DNA of 64,000 nt, taken from the NCBI RefSeq assembly GCF_964204645.1, contig NC_134032.1:12946275-13010274 (forward strand). Reading direction: 5' to 3'. Made by a program: the position numbers and the translations under genes. Of this stretch, positions 24,322 to 35,492 are shown in pieces. Below the pieces are notes generated by a model, which saw only the letters and a list, made by a program, of their open reading frames with translations, did no database searches and had not been told where the DNA came from. The first letter of the stretch is position 1, and each line of letters starts with the position of its first letter. The DNA is from Tubulanus polymorphus. Lineage: Eukaryota > Animalia > Nemertea.

Positions 24322-25907
24322 GAAAACATCAGAAAACCATGATAACAAGATCTGCATCGAACGATATGAAAAACTCTGCGAATTCATTTTGCTATGAAAT
24401 GCGTTGGCCGTCAGCGGGCTTTTGACCTTTGAACAACGCAAATATTTTACATATCAAGTTACAGATCTGATAAACGCCTATGCACGACGACAAAAAGCGT
24501 GTAGATTTACTGTGTTTTACCACGAAACGAAGCAACTTCGTGAAGCGGCTGCGGCGAAGTATTTCAATCCCTATTGGTTGTATTGTTGAATATCGACAAG
24601 GCTTAGCATACAAAGTACCAACGATAAATCATCCTCGCAGCGTCGACTATATACGATCGTCATCGGCCCCGTTTCGACTCACGAGACAAGAGATGATGTG
24701 TCGGGTTGTTGCGCGCGAATTCCAGGACCGTCGTATCGAATTCGAGTTCGCAAAATGCATTTTTTCGAATGCAAGTAACATCGTCATTGGAATGAATACA
24801 GTGGAGGCTGGTGCGAACCAGTTCGCAATTAGCGTTAGAGTCAATGCGCTTGACATCAAAGCGCGTCATTTTGGGCGCCAAGCGTATGCAGTTTATTGGA
24901 GTAAGAAGTCACCATTCACTGCTATTTGACGGCCAGTATGACGCTTTTGAACTATTGTCGGTGCACAAGCAACATATCGACAATTCGTAGAATGTTGATT
25001 TTAACACGGCACGGAACCCTGCCACACTAGCCCAAGTGCGCGGATACATGATCACCTTTGACGATGTCATTATTAACCAATCAGAAATCCCGTTTTATCT
25101 TAGCCCGGGTTTTTGCATTCATATTTTTTCCCGTGAAATTTGCCTCGGCGATTATGCAACGAGCAATCTGATTGGTACCGCAAGTTTTCGCGCGGAAAAG
25201 CTGCGCACCCGTTCCAGTGTGGCAGGGTTTCGTGCCGTGGCTGAATCTAGCGATGCCATCAGGTTCGAATCGTTGCCGGCGAAGGATAAAATTCGGATTA
25301 TCCGACACGCTAGCTAATGCGGTTGCAATATAAACGAATTGTGGCACTTGTCACAAGCCCAGCGCCATGACAATAATATAATAAACCCGTGATCTAATGA
25401 CGGGTGGTGTATACGTAAATATCAAGGCAATCTAATAATATGATGATATCGTCATTGTCAGCTCCGTTTGACGCACGGCCGCTGTATCTAAGTACTGTGC
25501 ACCCTCTCGAAGGCCACTCTCGTCGGGTCGGCCAAATATTTCCTGGCACTTACCGCGGCGCTCGTTGCGGCGTGTTGATAAGAAATCCAATATCGACGGT
25601 GTTTATATACATGTGTATATGTATTTAGGTAAATCATGTGGCGCATACCATCGCGAAGTGGCGAGGTAAGAATATCGTTAATACGTTTATACCGGGTCAG
25701 AAATATCTTAAGCGAGACTATTACGTATTGCAAGAAAACAAACCACGACATAGAATATTAACACTAGTTCATGGTAGTCTACTCATTTACCTGATGGAAC
25801 TAAGATGCACTCACAGCGACTGCCCGTAGTTTCTGATAAACTCAATTAACCTTCAGAGAGTACTACCTGACTTTTACCGTATTCACTGTTTTTACATGAC
25901 ATGAAAT

Positions 25908-26310
25908 ACAGTAAAGGTCCTTTATCATGTTCGTCCCTGTTGGCACCGATGGACAACATGACGTTATAACAAATTGACACAGTGTTATAAAGAATGGCAT
26001 TTTCATCGAATTTGAGTTAGTTTGGGCAAATTTGTTCATTGAAAAATGCTGGCATAAAGTGAGCATTACTCTATTAGTATTGGTCACTTTATGCCAACAT
26101 TTTTAAAGTAAAAGTCCTTTATCATTTTGTCACTGTTGGGACCGATGGACAACATGGCGTTATAACATATTTGTCAGTGTTATAATGAATGGTATTCTCA
26201 TCGAATTTGAGTTAGTTTGGGCAAATTTGTTCGTTGAAAAATGCTGGCATAAAGTGAGCATTACTCTGAGTATGCCAACATTTTTCAATGAACAAATTTG
26301 TCCAAACTAA
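25908..26310. repeat. Tandemly duplicated (~197-bp) Tc1/mariner(pogo)-like MITE fragment with internal hairpins
   Basis: Units 25911-26107 and 26108-26310. Shares AAAAATGCTGGC, AACAAATTTG and CTCAAATTC motifs with the TA-CAGT...CGTTATAA element at 49383-49569. Confidence 0.7.
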
Positions 26311-26355
26311 ACACACACCCAAAACGCTCACACCTTACGCAAAACTCACACGCAC

Positions 26356-26364
26356 CTTACTCAT
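26356..26364 (-). CDS. Candidate alternative first coding micro-exon (MSK)
   Basis: gcgaaaATG AGT AAG|GTGCGT, phase 0, downstream of a CG-rich promoter-like stretch. Confidence 0.45.
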
Positions 26365-26883
26365 TTTCGCGCGGTCCTAAATAATTCGTAGAATTTATTT
26401 CCTCGTATCCATAACCAGGAGCCCAGTGTCACCGTATAGCCTAATGAGTAGTTTAAAGGAATAAGCGAGTTGGGAAATTTCGCGCGATTAAAAAGGAATA
26501 CATGAGCGACGATCGCACATAGCACGCGAGCGGTTTTAGTGAATATCGTACACGAAGTTCTCACATTTTTCACTTATGAACTGACAGATTTCTCACAGAA
26601 CAAAGAACTGATTTATTTCGAAAGTTATATTAGACGCGCGCAGAAATATCCACCGAAACGACCGAAAGCTTTGATCATGAAAATAGAATACGACAATATA
26701 ATATCGAGAGAAAATTTTTATTTGTATTGTGTACGCCGAAATATGACGTCAAAGTATGACGTTCACAGCGCAACAAACCCGGCAACGGAGTCCTAACGTA
26801 AGCAACATAGAGCCCAACAGTCTCGACACTAGTCAATGTATTAAGACTTTTTAAGACTGGTTACAACTCGTTATAACGCCATA

Positions 26884-27161
26884 AGCCACGATCACACGAA
26901 GATGATTTGGCCCGGGCCAAATTGGCACGGAACAGGCCCGGGCCAAATTTGGTCCGTGCCTAACTAGAGAGCGCGTTCACACGCAAACCATTCACTCGAT
27001 ACTAAACAATGCTCAAACAAAGCGAAGTGGATCATTTCCGGTGGCAGTTGCAATTCAAACGCAATCATTTGTCTGGTGCTGAACTTAGGCTCGGGCCTGG
27101 TCCGAAGTTTTTGGTCGGGCCAAATTTGGCACGGGCCAAAAATGCTCGTGTAATCGCGGCT
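26884..27161. mobile_element. ~280-bp MITE copy 2, inserted inside a pogo/Tigger-like MITE
   Basis: TIRs AGCCACGATCACACG / CGTGTAATCGCGGCT. The flanks CTCGTTATAACGCC (26866-26880) and GGCGTTATAAAGGATTTCTAACTGTA (to 27213) are the two halves of the host element. Confidence 0.75.
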
Positions 27162-27961
27162 ATAGTTTTCATCGGTCCCAATGGCCTGGCGTTATAAAGG
27201 ATTTCTAACTGTATTTGCAATACTTTTTTCCAGCGAAACGTACACTGGTGGATAGATGTTCACTGAAATGACTAGAAAATTGCGTTGGTTCCGTGAAAAG
27301 GTGTTCGCTAATTGATAGAGAGGTGTTCACAAAAGACAGATTTAAGTGTGTTCGGCGCAACAACTTCGATTTCTAACGAAATACGTATCTTTCCTAGAAT
27401 CGATAGGATTTCCGATGACGTCAACGGCACAAGAGAGCGCGCCGCGTGAGTGATGGTTTGCGAGCGCAACGTCGAATTGATGATCTGTATTCGAGTTCCG
27501 TACCGGGAAAAAGGCGGAAAAAAATATAACGAGAGATCGCTGTCGTCTGTCGACGAAGATTATCGGTCACATCGGAATTGACGAGGCGTTTTGCGAGCGT
27601 ATTTGACACCGGTCATCGTCTCGACAAGTTGCACCCGCGCAGCGGAATTCCCTGAGCGATCGCGATGATGGAATATACAAATCGAACGCGGGCCAATAGA
27701 AATCGTCATCATTAAGACATACTTTACTCTGGACGAGTGTTTGCGCCCACTTAGACCGACAGTCACGATCTTTATCCCGCCGATCTTAATTAATATTTTC
27801 AGTCTGACGAGTTCTTATGTGCAGATCGTTGCAGCTATATTTAATACTCTCATTCCGACGAACTCTTCGGCAGAAAACCAGTTACGACTACTTTGCTTTA
27901 ATAATTTCAATCTGATCGACTTTTATGCAGAAAACCCGTTATCGCTACGTTGCAGCTATAC

Positions 27962-28046
27962 CTGATATTTTCTTTTTGACGAACACAGGTGCCAGATAGT
28001 TCCAAGGGCTCGTGAAAATTCTAACCGACGCCAAGACCAAGCCCAT
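27962..28046 (-). CDS. Candidate alternative first coding exon (MGLVLASVRIFTSPWNYLAPVFVKKKIS), phase 1, would join exon 3 directly
   Basis: Minus-strand TATATATAAA at 28091-28100, ATG at 28046, donor CAG|GTATAG. Joining gives KKIS-E-FKEAF, aligning to calmodulin EQIA-E-FKEAF. Confidence 0.5.
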
Positions 28047-30559
28047 CCGGGGACACCCACTCGAGAAAGGGACGATTCTAAATGCCAGGATTTATATATA
28101 ATCGGAGCCACCCTTATTGGATTAACGCTATGGGTAGTTCTGTAGACATTGAATCGATGATACTGCGTAACTTTCTAGTTTAAATACCACTGATTTTGAT
28201 AATCTACGATGAACTCAGTCTTAAGTATGTAACAAACTGTAACCAAGGCTAATAGTGTGGAGATTTTCAAACACTCTTAGTTTCACTGCAAACATGACTT
28301 CACTGTATGAGACATTTTCGATGGCAAATGAACCGGCGATACTTCGTTGCTATTTCAATTACGGTGAAGTTCAACTAGCCAGATCTAGGGCAGAGATGTA
28401 GGAGCTCATAAAGCAGTGACGTGTCAAGTAGAGCAGAAGCTGAATACGTAATCTTCAACATCGAGTACGGCGCGTAATGCATTTAAAATACGGACACGAG
28501 CCGGTACACTTGACGTGCTAATGATGGCATCTACTTGAGCGACGAAAACAATTCGAACTCAGTCAAAACGTGCATACATAATGTTGATCGAGGGTCATGT
28601 CATGTCAGAAAAGCTGCTTTCCACCACCCGGCTTTGATAGTTCGATATTCGAGCGATCCAGGCGCTTCGACGTTGCTATGGTTACAAGAGGAGACATTAT
28701 CGAAGAGTGTTTGTAAATCGGTTCAGACGCTGAAAGGTGGTCATCAATATCAAGCCGTGGGCGGAGAAATTGATTATTAGAATTGCCATCTGAACCGACT
28801 AGAAATCACGACGAATCCGCCCGCCGGCGAGCGCTCATTCGATATACCAAATACGATATGATATTGTGCGTAACAACACGTGAATTGCACAACAATCTTA
28901 TCATAAAAGGCTGAGGTAAATTATCGAATGACGTTATACACGCCCGTAAGTGGTGCAGATCCGGCAACGCTGCTGTGGCAATCGAGGATTCTAATCGACG
29001 ATCCGCCAGGATCGCTAGTAGTAGTAGTTGTAGTAGCGATGAAAGCACGGGGAAACATGAGTAACTCCTGTTTCGCTCCCGGCTGGACGATGTGGTGGGT
29101 TTTTTAAAGGGATACCGAATCAAAACAAATCAAACGTAATCTACCTATCAAATAAATAACGGGGTCAATGCCTATTTTAAAATCAGAAACAGGGGTAACT
29201 ACTAGCGAACCTGACAGACTTACGTCGAATCCCCGACTGCTAATTATTCAATAAGGTCCGACCAAAACAACCACAACAATGCCGGAAAACGACGAGGATT
29301 CAACGAATATCCACCATGTTCGCTAGTAGTTACTCGGTTTCTTGCATATTTCAGGATTCGATCTGCAAACCTCACTTCAAAACGTCGAAAAACATTCAGA
29401 ACGTTTTCGTTCTTTAATAGTGTGGAATTTTTATATTGATTGAAAATATTCGCATGATCTAAGATCATAGTAGATTGCGCGTTAATTGAGTATAGCAGGT
29501 ATCCGTCTTGTCCGGAGCGGTGTCAGTGTTCAGTGACATGGCTCAAGCCGAGCCACCGTGATTTACAACCACTTTGTAATTTCCCCCGCCAGCCACAACG
29601 AGTGACGTCATTAGGAAATGCGATATCCTCTTGTAATGACGTCATGAATGATTGAACTATCCCATTAGAAATACGACACAGGTTGCATTAGGAAACATAA
29701 CACGAAACGTCAATCGATGGAAATTCCTGACCGAAACCAAAACCTTCGAAGTCTATGAACACGATGATTTGGATATTCTCGGAGCCACCCCTATCAGAGA
29801 CGACCATGTGACTTGTCTAAGGTCTGAACAATACTCAAACTTGTCATCAAACTTTCAAAAAAAACCTTACGACTTTACTTCCTCCATATTATTAGCTTTT
29901 TAGACTGAGTGTCGATCAAATGTTGCAGTAATCTTTTATATCATATTTGCTTTGCGCGCAAAATCAACTCGAACATGACCTTGAACTTGAACGCGAGAGG
30001 CGCGGAAGCTTTGCGGCCATGTTGTTTTTTTTTCTAATGAAAAACGCGACGTAGAAAAATCGGGCGGCGAAGTCAAATCGAGCGCAAAATTGAATATGAA
30101 AACAGTTTCATCCTGCTGCAGGTACCGTGTTTACAAAAGACCGGATATTCGCGTAATTTACTAGAAAATCCTCTCTATACGCCGGCTCCGGGTCTTCGTG
30201 GAAATATTTTTTTTCTAAATTAACTTTAGATGAGAATTTCGCGTTATTCATTGAGCGCTACGTGATACAGACGATATACGAGGCTAATATTAATAGACCG
30301 CGGCGGTTAATAGAACGGGTTCATTGTTGTGTCACGCGCGCGGTTTTCAATTGCCTAGCACGTACAACTCTGTACGTTTGCGCTCGATTGCGCGCTCTCC
30401 AGAAATATTCGTGACGTTCTTATCAATGTCGGATGTTGCGACCATCGAAAATATTAAAGGATTTATATCTTTGCTGCGTGCGTTTTCCAACTGCAATTTC
30501 TAGCAGGGCTTTGGGCTAACCAAACTAACGGATGGGACTGTGAAGGTAGTGTAGCCTGC

Positions 30560-30972
30560 CCAGAACCTCAGCCAAAAGACATTTTTAACGGAAAATGAAC
30601 CACAAATACCATTCAAAAGCTGATCGTCCACACTTCGCGTGTTCAGGGTTTCGCCTGATAAATATTTGATAGAGCCACAGAACACCCGTCATTTGACATT
30701 CAGCACAATTTCTGAACTGATCATCCACACTTCACGCCATGTTTTCGGAACATCGTACGAGACTTTTTTAATTGAAATTGGACTACAAACACCAGACATT
30801 AGACATTTAATCAGCACATTAATCTTCCACACTTCACATATTGTGTTCAGTATACTTTATCGGAGACATTTCTAATGGAAGATGAACTATAAACAGCAGC
30901 AAAAATACATAAATCCTCTTTATGTATTTTTGACAGCAGACGTTAGACATTTCATGGTCCACACTTCACACT
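30560..30972 (+). repeat. ~97-100-bp degenerate tandem-repeat family
   Basis: Repeated CTGATCGTCCACACTTCAC..GTTCAG..GAGACATTT..GAACTACAAACACCAGACATT units; other arrays at about 10755-10870 and 38095-38490. Confidence 0.75.
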
Positions 30973-31717
30973 TCAGTGGCGAATAGGTTCCAACTACGAG
31001 GAATATTATCATTGAGATAATGGCTCGTAGGTTCCACGGTGCTGATTGATACCCGCGGCTGCTGTTCGATATAACCGTCGGCTGTATGTCAATGTTTTTT
31101 CAGCACCCGGATTAACTGCAATGTTACCTCTAAACACCTAACACGAATGGCGTTCAATTATCGCTAAACACGTTGCCGGCTATCTGAAGTAGCTCGGCTC
31201 CTAGAGGCTCAATCATCGCGACGAGAGGACGGGAGTGGCTACACTTCGGGTGGGGACTAGGATGCCGTCGATTAATTGGATTCGATCGTTATAGCCTAGA
31301 TTCGGCGGAACATCCGTTGTAATGACGTCAATCGCCGATACGAGCGAACGACCTTGAAGATAAGTGGAGACGATGTCGAACTAGATGTAAAATCGATGAT
31401 ATTTACAATTAAGCCGGTAGTTTCTCAATACAAAAGGATTTGCAGCCATCACGCATGCTTTTTAAGGGGCGAGCTGCTTTCATGCGCAACATAGTCGATC
31501 GTGCAAAATGCTACGCCGACATAATGATATTGTTGTTGGCACGATATATTGCCAATATAATACCAAAAATATTTGAAAAGAAAAAAAGGAAGACAACCTT
31601 ACCCTACGGTGTGTGATTAGGTATATGCCATGTCTGACAAAGAAAACCCTGCATGATCAGGGCAGAACTATGCATTTTAATGTCTATTGGAGGGGATGGG
31701 GGAGAAACCCGGAGAAG

Positions 31718-31856
31718 ACGTGTTTTAGACGTGTGCGGCCGCGGCCGGGACGGGGGCCGGGACCGTGTTTCATACGTGCGGCCGCAGCCGGGACCGGGGC
31801 CGGGACAGTGTTTCAGACGTGTGGCCGCGGCCGGGGCCGAGGCCGTGTTTCAGACC
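31718..31856 (+). repeat. GC-rich ~43-bp minisatellite
   Basis: About 3 units of GTGTTTCAGACGTGTGCGGCCGCGGCCGGGACCGGGGCCGGGAC. Confidence 0.85.
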
Positions 31857-32829
31857 CTACCCGAAGAAGCGGAGTTCTATTCGATATAACAACAATATTT
31901 ACAAAAGGGCACTTTCCCAAAATTTCCGGGGCCTACCCCGTATACCCTGTATGCATGAAAAGGTATATAACATGTATGGTTAAGTTTAGTAAGATATTCC
32001 CTCCATTATAAGGTATTCCATGATAAAGTATACATACCCTTCAAGTAAAATAGTGACCAAATTGAAGCGAACGCTGGTGAAATATGTACACACCTGAAAC
32101 CTGAAGACATTCCAGAACCCGTCAGCGACAACATACCGCAGTTTCAGCGGCAATCTAAATACGATGTTTGCAATTTAGTTGAAATGGTGTTGTATTTGTA
32201 TTGGATGCAATGGGCGGCTGAATCCACAAGTGGAAGAGCATTTACCATTACGGATGTGCAAATACATGCGTGCCTCGGTCAACAGGAGGCGAAGAAAGGT
32301 ATGTGAGTCTATATGAATGGCCGTTCGTCTCGTGAGGCTACCAGGCCGTTCGTTTATAGCCCGAACAGCATGCTGTCCCCGGGCATCACGCAGGTCCCTG
32401 CAGTCCTTTCACCCAGGGGCCATCGGTGTACCGACTGACGACGCTGCCCTGGGATTTTGTCGAGCAACTATCATTGATTTCCTTTCATATCATCCCTACT
32501 CAACAACAATTAGCATTGGGAAATCGATTGAAAATTAGATGTTAGAATGAGTAACGTAAACTTCCTAACTACTAATAGCGATCCTCTGCTGGTGGATCCT
32601 GAATTGCCGCGAGTGCAACATTAGCATTTTTGGGACCGCGTGCATTGTACAACTTCGGCGCATGTCCTGATCGACTTGAAGGCTTGTAAACTGTCGTGGC
32701 TCGTAAATTTTGTTTGTTTTTTTTTCTTTGAATCTCTGTACAAAGCCCGTCATGCTTTCCGTGAAATAAATTTGAACTTGATCTTCTCTGAAGCCACTTT
32801 CCGAATTACAGAATTTCGTTCGTATGAAA

Positions 32830-32920
32830 AGACTGGTTTAGAACCGACTACGCCTTGGCCAACGTAGCCAAATGGTTCCCCACGACACCGAACTCTAAGC
32901 CAAATGTCTAAACTGTTTCC
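32830..32920. repeat. Dispersed repeat, second copy at 34718-34815
   Basis: Shared AGAACC.ACTACGCCTTGG.C..CGTAGCCAAATGGT.CCC...AAGCCAAATGTCTAAACTGTTTC. Confidence 0.75.
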
Positions 32921-35483
32921 TCGTCATCTCACGTATTTTTCCCGATCCTCCGCATAATTCGGAGACGAATTTTACCGGTACCGGTTTGTCCGCTAATACA
33001 TTTGCCAACATGTTCCATGTTTTGTGAATATCCCCATCATACCTCATGGCGCATCGATATAACACGATGCTATTTCATTACACGCAATGACAAAGCTATT
33101 AAATCATTTTGTCACATCATCGACGGTTATTAGCAGTACACGGCACCATTCGGCCGTGTGTTATATGGGTTGTCAGGTATCGGCTGACATCACCATTTAT
33201 CACTTAACAACCTCAAACTTTATATCCATTTAGATTTTAAGTACACCGCGTAAATGTACACGAACTTAGCCACAAAAATGTCGATTAACTCCGATAGAAC
33301 CATTTCTCAATGATTAATCTTTAACTGTAGGAAACCCGGGGACCTCACCTATGATCTTACCGCGAACTGGCATACTGAAAAATGTCAACATTCAACGCCC
33401 CCTGGCGAACTTTCGGCAACACTCTGAAAGTCGTAGTGTGTCAAGGGCCGTAACCTTGCAGCCAGTACATACACGTAACTTGCAAAGCGCCGCAATTATA
33501 CTAGGGCATGGACATAGACATTCGACTCCGAACATGCCATCAACAGATTCAAGAAAGTCGCCTGAAGAAAATCTTCTTCGACAAGCTAATGGCTATATCA
33601 GAAACGATCGATAAACGCTTAGTAAAATCCGAAATGAAAACACAACCTTTTAATCGCAGTTTTTGCGCGTAAATTCGTTTATCGATAAAGCTTTAACGGC
33701 AGGTCGATTTCAGCAGTTAACTGGACTGGATTTTACAATAAACCGCAACGCACCGACGCGAAACCAGGAAAAACTTTCCAACCGACCCGGAGCAGCCCGT
33801 CGATGTGTCCTGGAACGTTGTGATGTGGATATTCTCGGAGCCACCACTAATCATCGACAGAGGAACTTCGTATTTTCGACGAAAGTACATCAATATTTAT
33901 CGAATCGACGGCATAGTACACAGTCTAGGGCCTGCGCCCGAATTTTCTAGGACCAGCCTTACATTTCACAGATGTTGCAGTGCTTATACTCATAAATATC
34001 GGCGCTAAAAGATACATTTTACAAGACAAGAAACAAGTAGAAACAACGTGTTTAAAACTACACGGCATTTAGCTGGTAACGCTCAACTAAGACAGTTACG
34101 AATGTAAATCTGACTTTTCAAACACGAACAGAACACGACTGTGTATATCGTAGTCAGTCAGACGGATCGTATTTCAAATCAAAGATAAAGGTCCTAAAAC
34201 AAGTGAAAAGGAAATATGGAGTTCCAGATCAAGATAGCCTCAAGTGAAAAAGAAGGCGAATGTCTACAACAGCCAACAATTCCAGTCTTTTACGCTGACC
34301 TATCAGCTTAAAATGTACGGAGGTTTTAATAAGCTCAATCTGCAACTACGCTCGAATTCAATTGACTCAATTTGCATTTCGCATCTTTGGAAATTAACTC
34401 AGAGCACAGGCGCGCGTGCAATGAAATTGTCTTTCTTATCCGCATAATAAGATTACCGGTATCCCAAAAGATGGCCGCGTCGGTAGATCGTATGCGTTAG
34501 GCAGAATTCGTGTGCATTTTCAATCTTTTTAAAATGGAAACTGCTATATAGCGAATGATAGATCCTCATCTGCCACAAGCCGCGAACCTTCCGAGTGCCA
34601 CAGTAGCATTCCGAGACCCCGAAAGTCAATGTCTTGATCGACTCGAGACACTGTCGCGGCTGGTCTGACGACAGAGATCGCCACTTTCCGAGGAAAAGAC
34701 TTTCGTTCGTTCGAAAAGACTTGTGTTCAGAACCAACTACGCCTTGGTCACCGTAGCCAAATGGTCCCCCAGGATACCGACCCAGTATTACAAGCCAAAT
34801 GTCTAAACTGTTTCATTTCACTGAACTCTTGGTTAAGTTTGACTGGAGGGTTTTGGCTGGAGTTCAATACAACTTTAATCAAAGAACAAAAATGGATCCA
34901 ACAGTACTCATTTTGGTGGCCTGCGGACTGGGTCGGCATAAATCAGGATTTGAATTTATAGTTCCTTTTTAATAGAAAAACATGTCCCTCTTGGAACGGG
35001 CCCCTTGAAGATCCCTGGCTGCAGGTCCATTCTATCATTTCAACTCAAGATGAGAAACGACCGTGTGTCGTCTGTGTCGGTGGTTAATGCGCACAGATGT
35101 TCAGATAAACACAAATCGTCGACAATAATCGATTAAATTGCAAGCTACACGAATTGTATACGTATATAGGACGCCTCATCGGGCCTGACGCTTGTGTTAA
35201 TTAAATTATCATTGATTACTTTAAAATCCACGTAAATGTAAAATTGATTGCGTCAACGCAATGTGCCCGTACCGAAGAGATTGACGACATAATTGTGTGG
35301 GCCAAAGATATGGATCATAAACAGTAGCAAGGATGGACGATCGAACGGCTGAACTAAAATTAGCCTAAAAAACCCTGTTTACACGAAGTATCTCCAAAAC
35401 TAAGGATTTCCGAAAAAAATCTTTTTAATCAACTCAAACTGGATCCAATGCGGTCCGTGCATGAAATATTCGGCGTTTCTTAC

Positions 35484-35492
35484 CTTACTCAT
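35484..35492 (-). CDS. Candidate alternative first coding micro-exon (MSK), second instance
   Basis: acaATG AGT AAG|GTAAGA, phase 0; same 9 coding nt as 26356-26364. An out-of-frame ATG 7 nt upstream weakens it. Confidence 0.4.

Noticed and set aside
24285-24386. Phase-0 ATG-to-GTAAGT unit (MNSQSF...HCIV) as another first exon
   Set aside because: It runs through a MITE terminus and has a weak exonic donor context (TA|GT); likely chance.
24480-24929. 149-aa plus-strand ORF
   Set aside because: No recognisable domain or splice structure, and it lies antisense inside the calmodulin-like locus.
31613-32011. 132-aa Arg/Gly/Pro-rich ORF
   Set aside because: Open only because it crosses the GC-rich minisatellite.
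33361-33391. Phase-1 ATG-donor unit MLTFFSMPVR (and ATG TCG G|GTAAAT near 50016-50022)
   Set aside because: Short, with no independent support; within what chance would give. Worth rechecking only if junction reads appear.
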